Source: Chloroflexota bacterium (lineage in GTDB: Bacteria > Chloroflexota > UBA11872 > VXOZ01). Taken from it: 64,000 bases of DNA. The notes under the pieces are model-generated. The model searched no databases. It had not been told where the DNA came from and was given only the letters and a program-made list of their open reading frames with translations. The DNA lies in contig OZ219801.1 in the NCBI GenBank assembly GCA_964291655.2, forward strand, positions 608,001-672,000, written 5' to 3'. A program made the position numbers and the translations under genes. This document shows, in pieces, positions 1 to 11,046 of the stretch (positions are counted from its first letter, which is position 1; every line of letters starts with the position of its first letter).

Positions 1-276
<276 letters not shown>

Positions 277-284
277 TTAGCGGC

Positions 285-1151
285 TTAGGCCAAAGTGGAC
301 TGCAAGCGGGCGGCCCGTATCGTATTCGCGATTAGCATCGCGTTCGTCACGGAGCCAACGCCGCCGGGCACCGGTGTAATCGCGCTTGCCACTTCACTCA
401 CAGCGTCGTATTGAACATCTCCGGCGAGGCCGTCGGGAGTTACGTTGATGCCAACATCCACCACGACCGCCCCCGGCTTCACCATGTCGGGCGAGACAAA
501 ATTGGGTCTTCCCATCGCCACAAGGAGGATGTCGGCCTGCCTGGTGTGACCGGCAAGATCGGCCGTGCGGCTGTGCGTCACGGTTACGGTGGCGTCATGG
601 GCAATGAGTAGTGCCGCCAAAGGCCGTCCCACCACGTTGCTGCGGCCAATCAGCACGGCATGTTTGCCGCGCAAGGGAATCTCGTAGTGTCGCAGCAAAT
701 AAATCACACTCGCAGGCGTATTCGGCACGAACGCCTCCATGCCCAGAAATTGACCGCCCAAGAACACGCGTCCGGCATTCAAGGGATGCAAACCGTCGAT
801 ATCTTTGCGGGGGTCCAAGGTCATGGCGACCAACTCTTGGTCCCAGTCCTCCGGCAAAGGCCAGCTAAGCATGATGCCGGTTACACGTGGATCGACGTTC
901 AGACTGCATATACGACCAATGAATTGCTCCCGGTCGGTCGAAGGAAGCACGTGCTCCTGAAACTCCATGCCCACGCGCTGACAAAGTTTCTCAATTTGGC
1001 GAATGTAGCTCGCCGAAGCTTTGTCATCACCTGCGCGTACGACCGCCAGCGTCAGGGGATGTCCCAGGCGTCTCTGAATGTCTACAAGCTCGTCTCGGTG
1101 TCTCCAACTCAAAGTACGGGCGATGCGACGACCGTCAAGCACTAGTGCCAT
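285..1151 (-). CDS. folD: Methylenetetrahydrofolate dehydrogenase (FolD family), probably lacking cyclohydrolase activity
   Basis: KDIDGLHP, GRSNVVGRP, DVGIN, ITPVPGGVG motifs. YxxxK reads YIRQI and VQLPLP reads LSWPLP. Confidence 0.95.
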   Translation of the reverse strand: MALVLDGRRIARTLSWRHRDELVDIQRRLGHPLTLAVVRAGDDKASASYIRQIEKLCQRVGMEFQEHVLPSTDREQFIGRICSLNVDPRVTGIMLSWPLPEDWDQELVAMTLDPRKDIDGLHPLNAGRVFLGGQFLGMEAFVPNTPASVIYLLRHYEIPLRGKHAVLIGRSNVVGRPLAALLIAHDATVTVTHSRTADLAGHTRQADILLVAMGRPNFVSPDMVKPGAVVVDVGINVTPDGLAGDVQYDAVSEVASAITPVPGGVGSVTNAMLIANTIRAARLQSTLA

Positions 1152-1281
1152 TTCGCTCCGTCCCCTCTTCTCTCACTCCGTAACTCTCGCTCTTGACCTC
1201 GTTGGACCCACTGCTGCGGTCCAGTCGCAGTTTCTATGGTCCAATCGTCTCAATCCTCGACGAATGCCTGCCAACGCTACG

Positions 1282-1923
1282 CTACTGGGCGCACGACAGT
1301 GCCTCTTCCCGGGCCGCCGTCATCTTGTCGTAGGAGACCAACCGCTCTCCCATCGTAGCTACCACCTTATCGTCCTTGACAAAGCCGAGGCTTGAGCGAA
1401 TTGTGACTACCGTCCCTTGCAGTGCCGCCTCCGATAGGAGGACCGCCATTACGGCGTCCGCAAGCAGATTGCTATTCCCATGCTTCGCCAGCCACAAGGC
1501 ATGATCGCTCACCTGTACGCACCCGTCAGCGATGGCAAAGAGTACTTCCGTAGCCTGAATCGATGCCTGCTGGATGTGCGCGGACCGCGCTGCTTGCTCT
1601 TCATCGGAGCCGCGCGGCATCGCGAATCCCGCTCCAACCGCCCCATATGCCTCGATATCTTCCTGTACCAATTCCTCGAGCGCTTGCAGGGACTGGCTCA
1701 ATTGTGCGAGCCGCTCTTCCACCTCGGGAGCGACCGCCGCATACTTCTTTCTGCCCCGAGTGAAATTGGCCACCATGGCAGCCAGACCCGCGCCAAGCGC
1801 GCCTACCAATGCCGCCACACTGCCTCCACCGGGCGTCGGCTCCCGAGCAGAGAGCGCCTCCAGATATGCATGGATGCTTTGATTGGTAACCACCGCGCCC
1901 GGACTCTCATTAGTGCCGCTCAT
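1282..1923 (-). CDS. fchA: Cyclodeaminase/methenyl-THF cyclohydrolase (FTCD_C, FchA-like)
   Basis: PTPGGGSVAALVGALGAGL...MVANFT..KKY and GNSNLLAD signatures. ATG overlaps the purN TAA (TAATG). Confidence 0.88.
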   Translation of the reverse strand: MSGTNESPGAVVTNQSIHAYLEALSAREPTPGGGSVAALVGALGAGLAAMVANFTRGRKKYAAVAPEVEERLAQLSQSLQALEELVQEDIEAYGAVGAGFAMPRGSDEEQAARSAHIQQASIQATEVLFAIADGCVQVSDHALWLAKHGNSNLLADAVMAVLLSEAALQGTVVTIRSSLGFVKDDKVVATMGERLVSYDKMTAAREEALSCAQ

Positions 1924-2582
1924 TAGGCGTCGCTCCACCAGCGGGACGGTATCACCCCGGCAATTCTCACGCAATTTCCTTCAACGTGCACTCTATCCTC
2001 GGCAAACCAGCTCACGACTTGAGGCAGCAGCCGATGTTCCTGTGCCAAGATGCGGATTGCGAGGGTTTCTACGGTATCGTCCGCAAGCACGGGCACCGCA
2101 GCTTGAGCAATGATTGGGCCGGCGTCCACCTCATCTGTGGCAATGTGCACCGTACACCCGGCAATCTTAACCCCAGCCTCCAGGGCATCCTGTTGCGGCT
2201 GCGGATTCATGCCTCCCGCAAAGGCTGGCAAGAGCGATGGATGTATGTTGATGATCCGATTGTGATAGGCCCTCATCCACGCGGATGAAAGAACTCGGTC
2301 AAAGCCGCCGAGCACGATTAGCTCCGCTCCATGCTGCTGCGCGCAAGCCAACATTGCCTCGTGCTGTGCTTCGCGGGTAGCATAGTCACGCCGCAGGAAG
2401 ACATGCACGGCGACGCCGGCAGCGTGAGCCTTTTGCAGGCCCGGCGCGTTTCGGTGATTGCAGATGACTGTGACAATTTCGGCGTCAAGGCGACCTTCAT
2501 CGATCTCATCAATGAGCGCTTGTAGGTTACTGCCTCGTCCCGAAATGAGCACTGCCACACGCAGAGCGGACTCCGCATCCAA
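1923..2582 (-). CDS. purN: Phosphoribosylglycinamide formyltransferase
   Basis: VLISGRGSNLQAL, INIHPSLLPAF, GCTVH, DAGPII. Confidence 0.97.
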   Translation of the reverse strand: MDAESALRVAVLISGRGSNLQALIDEIDEGRLDAEIVTVICNHRNAPGLQKAHAAGVAVHVFLRRDYATREAQHEAMLACAQQHGAELIVLGGFDRVLSSAWMRAYHNRIINIHPSLLPAFAGGMNPQPQQDALEAGVKIAGCTVHIATDEVDAGPIIAQAAVPVLADDTVETLAIRILAQEHRLLPQVVSWFAEDRVHVEGNCVRIAGVIPSRWWSDA

Positions 2583-2614
2583 TTTCGACCAGTTGCCCTT
2601 CTTCTGCTACAAAA

Positions 2615-3646
2615 TCATCGCGATATCACCACACGCGGATCGCCCGTGTGGCTTTCAACCACTCCAATGCGGTGAAGCGTGGGGGCAAGTCGCAGGGCTT
2701 CTGCCGCCTCACCCTCATCACAGATCACTACATATCCGACGCCCATATTGAAGACTCGGCACATCTCATCGAACTCTACTCCCCCACGCTGTTGTATAAG
2801 CGGGAAGATTGGCGGCACCGGCCACGATCCCCAGTGCAGGCGGACCTGTGTTCCCTGGGGCAGGACTCGTGGGATGTTGTCCCACAGTCCGCCGCCAGTT
2901 ATGTGTGCCATTCCCTTTATGTCGAGTTTTGAGCACAGACGCTGCACGGCGTGCAGATAGCACGTGTGCACAGCGAGCAAGGCATCCGCCAGTGTTGCTT
3001 CCAGCGTTGGCGCCGTCACCTCCAATGCGTCAGCAGCGAAGACACGGCGCGCCAACGAATACCCATTCGTATGCAAGCCGTTGCTGGGAAAAGCCAGCAC
3101 CGCGTCTCCCTTCTCAATGCGCTCACCGCTGACGATCTTGGCGCGTTCTACAACGCCTACGACAGTTCCGGCGAAGTCTAAGTCGCCTGCGGCGTACAGG
3201 TCGGGTATCTCCGCCAATTCACCGCCCAGCAGCGCGCACCCGGCATCTTTGCACGCCACTGCCGCTCCGGAGACGACATCCCTCATTACTTCAGGCACAA
3301 GCCTGCCCACCCCGACGTAATCGAGAAAGAAGAGCGGTCGCGCTCCCAGAGTGAGAATGTCATTGATGCAGTGATTTACGATGTCCTGACCGACCGTGTC
3401 GTAGCGCTCTAACTGTGTCGCCAGCTTAATCTTGCTGCCGACACTATCGGTGCTGGCTACAAGCACCGGTTCAACGTAGCCTGTGGGAAACTGAAACAGT
3501 CCGCCAAAGCTGCCGATACCGGTAAGCACCTCCGGCCCGTGAGTGGCTTCCACCTGAGACTTGAAGAGTCGCACCGCCTCAGCCCCGGCGTCGATGTCTA
3601 CGCCGGCTTGCTGATAGGTCAAAGGGGGACGCGGAGACTCACGCAT
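2615..3646 (-). CDS. purM: Phosphoribosylformylglycinamidine cyclo-ligase
   Basis: TYQQAGVDIDAG, DSVGSK, GLHTNGYSLAR, AHITGGGL, FNMGVG. Start chosen at ATG 3646. Confidence 0.97.
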   Translation of the reverse strand: MRESPRPPLTYQQAGVDIDAGAEAVRLFKSQVEATHGPEVLTGIGSFGGLFQFPTGYVEPVLVASTDSVGSKIKLATQLERYDTVGQDIVNHCINDILTLGARPLFFLDYVGVGRLVPEVMRDVVSGAAVACKDAGCALLGGELAEIPDLYAAGDLDFAGTVVGVVERAKIVSGERIEKGDAVLAFPSNGLHTNGYSLARRVFAADALEVTAPTLEATLADALLAVHTCYLHAVQRLCSKLDIKGMAHITGGGLWDNIPRVLPQGTQVRLHWGSWPVPPIFPLIQQRGGVEFDEMCRVFNMGVGYVVICDEGEAAEALRLAPTLHRIGVVESHTGDPRVVISR

Positions 3647-3886
3647 GAACCTTAAGATTCCGATCAACGAGAGGTGCGGCCGGAATGGGCTTGAACGCTA
3701 CGCGGGCAATTACCCGATCGCGCACATCCCACATGGCAGGAATTCTCTGGGCCGGCAGTCTCTTGCCAAGAGGGCGTTGCAATGCATCCGAACGGTCCTC
3801 TGTAGACTTTGGTAGCAAAATCGCCGTTCCACTAGAACACGACTTGCTACGGCGCCCGGTCCCGGTCTCGATGCACCCTATCGCGC

Positions 3887-5341
3887 TCATGGAACTGTTG
3901 CTCGCACTTGCTCTAACGAAAGCTTGTCGAATTCCATCTGCACGGGCACCGGATAATCGCCATTGAAGCAAGCGAGGCAAAAGTGGTTATAGGGCAAGTC
4001 AACGGCTTCTACGATGCCATCAATACTCAAGTAGCCCAGGCTGTCCGCCTGAATTGCCGCACCAACGGCCATTTCGGCTTCTTCTCGCGACTGGAATGCG
4101 GAAGCAATTATCTCGTCCCGGGTCGGCATGTCAACGCCCAGAAAGCACGGGTGACGGATCGGCGGGGCAGCAATGCGGACGTGCACTTCCTCGGCGCCGG
4201 CCTGACGCAGCATCTTCACAATAGGGAGCGTATTAGTACCGCGCACTATTGAGTCATCAACTACGACCACGCGCTGGCCCTCCAGCACCTCCGGCATCGT
4301 GTTGTACTTCATGTGCACGCCCTCGCGCCGTAATTGATCGGTCGGCTGGATAAAGGTACGGTGAATGTAGCGGTTGCGCACCAAGCCGTCGCGGAGCGGC
4401 AGGCCGCTTTCTTCGGAGTATCCCTGAGCCGCGGCTATGGCGCATTCCGGCACACCCATCACCAGGTCGGCGCCCGGCGTTGGGCGTTCGCGTGCAAGCT
4501 GGCGGCCCATCTCGCGCCGGGCATGATAGAGGAGCGTGTCCTCGATGTACGAGTCCGGCCGCGCAAGGTACATAAACTCGAACATGCAGACGGCCCGCTT
4601 CTGGACCGGCTGCATGCGGTATGAACGAAGCCCGTCTTCACCCACCGTAACCAGCTCACCCGGCTCCACTTCGCGGACAAACTCCGCGCCCACCGTATTG
4701 AGCGCGCAACTCTCGGAAGCCACCACCCAGGTGTCATCGACCGACCCCAAGCAAAGGGGTCGATTCCCCAGCGGGTCGCGCGCCGCCAATACCTGGTCTG
4801 TCGTCGCCATCACAAAGGTATACGAACCCACCAGGCGGGGCAGCGTGTGCTGCAGTTTTTCAGGCCAGGTGCTTCCTGGCGCGAGGGCAATGAGCCAGGC
4901 GGCAATCTCACTGTCCGTGGAGGACTTCGGGCGAACGCCTAATTCTTCCAAATCGGCTAACAATTGATCGGCGTTAACGAGATTTCCATTGTGGGCTAGC
5001 GCCAGCGGCCCGAGCGGACCTTCGACGTAAATGGGCTGGGAATTGTCTTCTCTACTCGATCCCTTCGTGGAATATCGCGTGTGCCCTATTGCCAGTATTC
5101 CCTGCAGGTCCTCCAAAATCTCTTCCGAGAATACGTGAGAAACCAGCCCCATTTTGCGGTAGACCTGCATTTGCTTGCCGTCGGCGCTGGCGATGCCGGC
5201 GCTCTCTTGGCCGCGGTGCTGGAGCGCGTGCAAGCCGAAATAGGTCAGTTTGGCTACATCGAGGTCGCGTCCGTATATGCCAAACACGCCGCACGCTTCA
5301 CGCGGGGAATCTGTGTCGGTGGTAGGTGGAGTCCCATCCAT
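3887..5341 (-). CDS. purF: Amidophosphoribosyltransferase
   Basis: Propeptide followed by EACGVFG, LQHRGQE, GHTRYST, VDDSIVRG, C-terminal Fe-S Cys (CLAC). Start trimmed to ATG 5341. Confidence 0.97.
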   Translation of the reverse strand: MDGTPPTTDTDSPREACGVFGIYGRDLDVAKLTYFGLHALQHRGQESAGIASADGKQMQVYRKMGLVSHVFSEEILEDLQGILAIGHTRYSTKGSSREDNSQPIYVEGPLGPLALAHNGNLVNADQLLADLEELGVRPKSSTDSEIAAWLIALAPGSTWPEKLQHTLPRLVGSYTFVMATTDQVLAARDPLGNRPLCLGSVDDTWVVASESCALNTVGAEFVREVEPGELVTVGEDGLRSYRMQPVQKRAVCMFEFMYLARPDSYIEDTLLYHARREMGRQLARERPTPGADLVMGVPECAIAAAQGYSEESGLPLRDGLVRNRYIHRTFIQPTDQLRREGVHMKYNTMPEVLEGQRVVVVDDSIVRGTNTLPIVKMLRQAGAEEVHVRIAAPPIRHPCFLGVDMPTRDEIIASAFQSREEAEMAVGAAIQADSLGYLSIDGIVEAVDLPYNHFCLACFNGDYPVPVQMEFDKLSLEQVRATVP

Positions 5342-5375
5342 AGCGTACGCGCCCCTCTTTGAATCAGCGTGCTCA

Positions 5376-7598
5376 TTACCCTTCCCCAGCCAGTGCCTCC
5401 GCAACTCCATTCTGCCACGCCCGCCTTGCAGATGCCAGTGAAACCGACAGCCTGTCACCCAGCACGAGCGCGTCGCCCCGGACACGCCCGATCGCTGTGC
5501 ACGGCACACCGTTCTCTTCCGCTGCCGCGCTCACCGCCGCCATCTCCTTTGCCGGCAGACTAACGACAATTCGTGATTGTCCCTCGCCAAACAAGAGAGC
5601 GTCCGCTCGACCCTCGCCCGGCAGGTCCACCTGAAACCCAATGTCTCCTGCAATGGCGCTCTCCGCTAGGGCTACGGCGAGGCCCCCTTGAGAGCAGTCG
5701 TGCGCGCTGTTTATCACGCCGGCGCGAATAATCTGACGGCAGACGGACTGCACACGCAATTCCATGCCGAGGTCGATGGGAGGCGCCTTACCTGACACAC
5801 GACTGTGAATTGAAGCCAGATACTCACTACCACCGCAGTGATCGCTTTGCGGGCCGAGAAGCACAATCACGTCCTCTTCATTTTGGAATGCCATTGTGAC
5901 ACTCTGCTCTACAACATCCAACTTGCCCACCATGCCTACCATCGGCGTGGGGTAAATGGGCTGACCGCGCGTCTCGTTATAAAGACTGACATTCCCGCTC
6001 ACCACCGGCACGTCAAGCGCCTCGCAGGCTGCGGCCATGCCGCGTATCACCTTCTCCAACTGGTAGTAGACGTCGCTCTTCTCCGGGTTGCCGAAGTTGA
6101 GGCAGTTTGTGAGCGCGAGCGGCTCGGCGCCCACACACGCCAAATTGCGTGCGGCTTCCGCTACCGCGATGGCGCCGCCTGCAAATGGATCAAGCTGGCA
6201 GTACTGCCCATTGCCGTCTATCGTGACGGCAAGCCCTATCGGCGTTCCCTTGACCCGCAGCACTGCCGCGTCCCCGCCGGGGCCTTGCACGGTGTTGACC
6301 TGGACGCTGTAGTCATATTGCTGAAAGACGCACTCTTTGCTCGCGATGTTGGGGCTTGCGAGCAATTTGAGAAAGACATCATTGTAGTCCTGTGGCTCGG
6401 GTAAGGTCTCTTGCCGGAAGGCGTGCGTTTCCTGTAGATAGGCCGGTGGGGTGCCTTCCCTCTCGTACGTCGGCGCGTCCGCCAGCAGGTGCGCTGGGAT
6501 GTCAGCTACCACCTCTCCACCGCTCCGTACGCGTACCATGCCGTCGGCGGTAACCTGACCGATTACGTTGGAGTGAAGCCCCCAGCGTGAGAAGATCTCG
6601 GCTACGTTTTCCTCCGCGCCCCGGCGCACAATTGCAAGCATGCGCTCCTGGCTCTCACTGAGCATGATTTCGTAGGGGGTCATCCCCTCTTCCCGGCACG
6701 GCACACGGCTCACGTCGATTTCAACACCACTCTCTCCTTTGTGGGCCGCCTCCACGGAAGAACTCGTCAGCCCAGCCGCACCGAGGTCCTGCAATCCCAC
6801 CAGGTAATCGGTTTCACCCAGCTCTAGACACGCCTCGATGAGCAATTTCTCCATGAAGGGATCGCCGACCTGCACCACGCCGCGATGAGACAGCTCAGGA
6901 TCATCCAGGGAAGCAAATGAAGCGCCGTGAATGCCGTCGCGGCCGGTCGCCGCTCCTACCAGCATTAGCGTATTACCTGCGCCGTGGGCGCGAGCGCGTA
7001 TGAGCTTATCCTGCCGAATGAGACCGACGCACATGGCGTTGACGAGAGGGTTGCCGGCATAGGAAGACGCAAAATTTACTTCACCACCCACGTCAGGGAT
7101 TCCCACACAGTTGCCGTAATGGCTAATGCCGCCGACAACGCCATTGAACAGATAGCGGTTGCGCGCATCACTCAGGGGGCCAAAGCGCAGTGAATTGAGT
7201 AACGCGATGGGGCGGGCACCCATGGTAAAGATGTCCCGCACGATGCCGCCCACACCGGTCGCCGCACCTTGGAACGGTTCCACGGCGCTGGGATGGTTGT
7301 GGCTCTCCACTTTGAAGACCACTGCCAGCCCATGACCGATATCCACAGCACCGGCGTTTTCCTCTCCCGCGCCGATGAGGACGTGCCTCCCGGCGGTTGG
7401 CAGCAGTTTCAGCAGCGGTCGCGAGTTCTTATAGCCGCAGTGCTCACTCCACATCGCGCCGAACATGCCTACCTCAACACGATTTGGCGCACGGCCAAGT
7501 TGGGAGCAAATGCGGTCGTACTCGCTACGAGTGAGCGAGACTTCTCTCAATTCAGCATCAGTTACGGCAGACTCAATTTGAGACACGCTGTTACTCAC
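5376..7598 (-). CDS. purL: FGAM synthase subunit PurL
   Basis: MWSEHCGYK, ESHNHPS, LSESQERM, NCLNFGNPE, GNVSLYNE. Confidence 0.98.
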   Translation of the reverse strand: MSNSVSQIESAVTDAELREVSLTRSEYDRICSQLGRAPNRVEVGMFGAMWSEHCGYKNSRPLLKLLPTAGRHVLIGAGEENAGAVDIGHGLAVVFKVESHNHPSAVEPFQGAATGVGGIVRDIFTMGARPIALLNSLRFGPLSDARNRYLFNGVVGGISHYGNCVGIPDVGGEVNFASSYAGNPLVNAMCVGLIRQDKLIRARAHGAGNTLMLVGAATGRDGIHGASFASLDDPELSHRGVVQVGDPFMEKLLIEACLELGETDYLVGLQDLGAAGLTSSSVEAAHKGESGVEIDVSRVPCREEGMTPYEIMLSESQERMLAIVRRGAEENVAEIFSRWGLHSNVIGQVTADGMVRVRSGGEVVADIPAHLLADAPTYEREGTPPAYLQETHAFRQETLPEPQDYNDVFLKLLASPNIASKECVFQQYDYSVQVNTVQGPGGDAAVLRVKGTPIGLAVTIDGNGQYCQLDPFAGGAIAVAEAARNLACVGAEPLALTNCLNFGNPEKSDVYYQLEKVIRGMAAACEALDVPVVSGNVSLYNETRGQPIYPTPMVGMVGKLDVVEQSVTMAFQNEEDVIVLLGPQSDHCGGSEYLASIHSRVSGKAPPIDLGMELRVQSVCRQIIRAGVINSAHDCSQGGLAVALAESAIAGDIGFQVDLPGEGRADALLFGEGQSRIVVSLPAKEMAAVSAAAEENGVPCTAIGRVRGDALVLGDRLSVSLASARRAWQNGVAEALAGEG

Positions 7599-7711
7599 TC
7601 CTGAGAAAACTCGCAGGCGCTACACCTCGTAGGCGTCCAACTCGGCAGCAAGCTACAAGAGAATGCCAGAAACCCAACAGTCTCGGGACCTGAAATCATG
7701 CTCAAGAGCGC

Positions 7712-8419
7712 TCATACTCGCAAAGGAGCGGCGGCAAGCGCCAGAACCATTGCCTGCCAAATGCCCAAGCCGTCGGAGCCTCCCAGTGCAGCCTCCGCGC
7801 AACGTTCCGGATGCGGCATGAGGGCAAGAACGTTCCCGGCTTCATTGCATATGCCAGCAATATTGTCCACGGACCCGTTCGGGTTTGCGTCCTGCGCAAC
7901 GTCGCCCTTCGCATCGCAATAGCGCAGCAATATCTGTCCGTTCTCACGCATGCGATTAAGCGTCTCCGGATCAACCACGTAGTTGCCGTCGCCGTGGGCA
8001 ATCGGCATGCGCAGCACCTGGCCGGGTTGATAGGTTGCCATGAACGGTGACTCCATACCTTGTACCTGCACGTTCACCCAGCCACAGTGGAATTCCATCG
8101 AGTTGTTCCTGAGCAGCGCGCCCGGTAGCAATCCCGCCTCGGTAAGAATCTGAAAGCCGTTGCAGATGCCCAGCACGAGCCCTCCGGCATTTGCAAAGGC
8201 GGTAACCGCGCGCATTACGGGAGAAAACCGCGCTATGGACCCCGAACGCAGGTAGTCCCCATAGGAGAAACCGCCCGGCAACACGAGCGCATCAAATCCG
8301 GCAAGGCTTGTCTCCTCATGCCATACAAGGTCTGCCTGCTGTTGGAGCACAGATCTTGCGACGTGTAGACAGTCGTTATCGCAATTGGAACCAGGGAACT
8401 GGACAATGCCAAACTTCAT
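7712..8419 (-). CDS. purQ: FGAM synthase glutaminase subunit PurQ
   Basis: [34 protein letters not shown] 8419 overlaps the purS stop. Confidence 0.97.
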   Translation of the reverse strand: MKFGIVQFPGSNCDNDCLHVARSVLQQQADLVWHEETSLAGFDALVLPGGFSYGDYLRSGSIARFSPVMRAVTAFANAGGLVLGICNGFQILTEAGLLPGALLRNNSMEFHCGWVNVQVQGMESPFMATYQPGQVLRMPIAHGDGNYVVDPETLNRMRENGQILLRYCDAKGDVAQDANPNGSVDNIAGICNEAGNVLALMPHPERCAEAALGGSDGLGIWQAMVLALAAAPLRV

Positions 8420-8667
8420 CGATCGGTCTCTAAGTCGAAGCGGTAACTTTCGATAACGGGATTCGCCAACAGTTGCTGGCACATTGCTTCTACCTCTGCG
8501 TGAGCCTTGGATGTGTCGTCCGTGCCCAGTTCAACTTCCAGGTACTTGCCCATCCGCACGGAATTCACATCCTCAAAGCCAAGGTGATGCAACGCTTCAC
8601 GGATGGTGTTTCCTTGCGGATCAAGAACCGTCGGTTTATAGGTAATGTAAATTCGCGCTTTGGTCAT
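8416..8667 (-). CDS. purS: FGAM synthase subunit PurS
   Basis: [14 protein letters not shown] motifs. Confidence 0.96.
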   Translation of the reverse strand: MTKARIYITYKPTVLDPQGNTIREALHHLGFEDVNSVRMGKYLEVELGTDDTSKAHAEVEAMCQQLLANPVIESYRFDLETDR

Positions 8668-8805
8668 TGCAAAGGAGACCTCGGCAAGATTCCGATCGAA
8701 CAAGACTTCTGAAACTCAAAGCCCTAACCAACCGCACAGCTATTTGCCCGGCGGCACGAGCCTTGCTTGCTTTCAGTCTACCGTACAGACCAGGACCATC
8801 GCCAC

Positions 8806-9132
8806 AACTGTAGCTACTCCGCCGCACCGGCCGCGACCGCTCCGATAACTGCATCTTCCTCTGTCGAGGCCGTCAGCATGAGAATCCGCGAGTCTGCCAG
8901 CAGTTTCACAGGGTCCCTGCAAGACTCAACGCTGCCTTACCGCGGCATCACAACGCCCATGACAACGATGTCCGGCCCCCAATCTTATGCGCGAGTTACT
9001 GCCGCTAAGCCATCTCCCGCTCGACCCACGACCGTAAATTTACCCAATCCCCCCCCAAATTTCTCTTAGGCTGTCCCTGACGATGGAGTGGTTGTCTACC
9101 AGCATCGTCTTGAACTTTCTGGCCGAATACAC
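8806..9132 (-). pseudogene. Degraded NarL/LuxR-type response regulator (receiver remnant)
   Basis: Manual translation: KTMLVDNHSIVRDSLREI/LGKFTVVGRAGDGLAAVTRA*DWGPDIVVMGVVMPR*GSVESCR...SRILMLTASTEEDAVIGAVAAGAAE*LQ. Frameshift in the G8 run (9049-9056); stops at 8985, 8937, 8814; no HTH follows. Confidence 0.85.
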
Positions 9133-9151
9133 GTCGACTTCTGCTTCCAGA

Positions 9152-10453
9152 TTATCCATACGGAATCACGCAGGCTACCGTCGTGCCTTTTCCGTTACTG
9201 CCTGTATCCACGACGAGCGTGCCGCCCATTCGTTCTACATCCGCCTTCATGCTGTCAAAACCATGACCACGATCAAGGTAGTCGTCAGGGAGACCAATGC
9301 CGTCGTCCACGATAGAAAGTCGAATGCAATCGTCATCGAATTCCAGGCGGACCTCGACCTTCCCCGCATGGGCGTGCCGAAAAGCATTCGTGAGTGCGTT
9401 GTGTGCGATAGCAAAGAGCCCCGTCCGAATCTCTGCCGAGAGATTCGGCTCGATGCCGTGCTGAACCATCTCGGCTGGAACTGACGTTATGTCCCGAAAT
9501 GTCGAAGTGTGTGACCGTAGCACCCGCCCCAATTCCTTGCCCTCGAATATTCGACCTGCATCAATGGGGCGCCTCAACTCCCACATTGCGGACTTTGCGA
9601 GCGCGGATGTCGCCTGGAGCGAAGCGGTCAGCTCCTTGTTGGATTCACCAGCCAACTCCATGGCTGTGTCTATGCCCAATCCAATCATGTATGCCGCCTG
9701 CGCGGTCGTGTCGTGAATTGCTTGCGAATGCACAATGCGCTCCTGCTGTAGCACGTGTTCCCGCTCCATTACTTCCCATCTCCGCATTCGCTGGAATCTC
9801 GAGACTAAGTTGACAACCAGGACAACCGCAAACATGAATGCAATCCTGGCAAACAGGGTCTTGTCTTCTCTTGCTTCGAAATCAAGCCCTCCGCCGAAGG
9901 CTACGCTCACGGCCGTGTAGATGGTCGTCACCATAGTTACCCATACCACGTTCAGCGTGAACGAAGTAAATATGGCCGCAAAGTAGGCCAGCGCGGGGAA
10001 ATACATCAAATAGGGGTAGAAAGTGGTGAATCCACCGTCGACGGCGACAACTAACGTAACGAAGAGGATGTCAATCGTGCAGAAAGCGAAGATCCAATGC
10101 CACGTCAAAGTTCGCTGCGACCAAAGGTGATAGTGGATGTAGCCGTTGTAAGCCGTAAACAAAATCAATATCAGCAGGAACGTCAGGTACAACGCCTGCT
10201 CCATTGGTATTGGTCGCACTAGCAAGTATAAGCAGCAGACGGCACTTACGAACCACCGACCCCAGACGGCAACGGTCGCGGCATACCGCAGTTCCCCAGG
10301 ATCGGCCCAAATCGCTTGCCAAAACCGATCCTGCACGCCACATGTTTTGGACTTTAAGAACTCAGGGTCCCAATTTAACAATCTTGACAATTGGCGCCAC
10401 CTAGCAAAACGGGTATAGGAAATGACACGCACTCCGCCCTTTGGCGAGAACAC
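9152..10453 (-). CDS. Membrane sensor histidine kinase (HisKA_3/NarX-DesK-like); start uncertain
   Basis: Several TM helices, H-box AIHDTTAQ, N-box HNALTNAFRHA, DDGIG, GHGF...MGG. Confidence 0.9.
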   Translation of the reverse strand: MFSPKGGVRVISYTRFARWRQLSRLLNWDPEFLKSKTCGVQDRFWQAIWADPGELRYAATVAVWGRWFVSAVCCLYLLVRPIPMEQALYLTFLLILILFTAYNGYIHYHLWSQRTLTWHWIFAFCTIDILFVTLVVAVDGGFTTFYPYLMYFPALAYFAAIFTSFTLNVVWVTMVTTIYTAVSVAFGGGLDFEAREDKTLFARIAFMFAVVLVVNLVSRFQRMRRWEVMEREHVLQQERIVHSQAIHDTTAQAAYMIGLGIDTAMELAGESNKELTASLQATSALAKSAMWELRRPIDAGRIFEGKELGRVLRSHTSTFRDITSVPAEMVQHGIEPNLSAEIRTGLFAIAHNALTNAFRHAHAGKVEVRLEFDDDCIRLSIVDDGIGLPDDYLDRGHGFDSMKADVERMGGTLVVDTGSNGKGTTVACVIPYG

Positions 10454-11046
10454 ACACGTGTCACGCTCGTCTGAAGCACGGCAAGCCTACGACCCTTTGG
10501 TAATTGATCGCAGTTCGTGCTGGTCGACACTGCAAGTAAACTACGTCCAATGCTCGCGGATTTCAAGATCAAGTCCCACCAAACTGAGGAGTCTATAAGT
10601 TTCTTCGGCACCAATGACTTTGGCCGAGAATCGAACAAGGAATCCTATCGCAGCTCTCCAAGGCTTTGTATCCTAAATTAAGGTAGAGGACCACCTAGGG
10701 CAAGAGTTGGATAGCGTGAGCTAAGAGTGTTGCCGCAGGTCTAAAATCGGCAACCGGCCTCCGTGCCAATCGGACTAATTCGACGGGCCTTCAACTCTGC
10801 TAATTCGAGCCTGGGCTAAAGGCTGCAAGCTCGAAATTGACCTTCACTGTATTCAGCATGACTCTCTCTCAATGTTAAAAAGTGTACAACAACCCAATCA
10901 CCGTGGGTACCAATACTACGCAAGGATTGGTCACCGATATGCCGGATCTCCAGGGACGTGCAATTCGCCAATCTATGCTGTCTGTGAAATTGAGGATTAG
11001 AGCGGTGGCAAAGATGGAGCTTGCCGCCTCCCAATAGTGAAGGACA

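Noticed and set aside
1160-1280. Possible ZMP/ZTP riboswitch before folD (GCGACTGG..GTGGG on the minus strand)
   Set aside because: Lacks the GGGAGC and CGCCTGGG elements of the motif.
10460-11046. Further pseudogene fragments between the kinase and FN3 remnant
   Set aside because: Manual translation of the frames examined gave no convincing family match; needs blastx.
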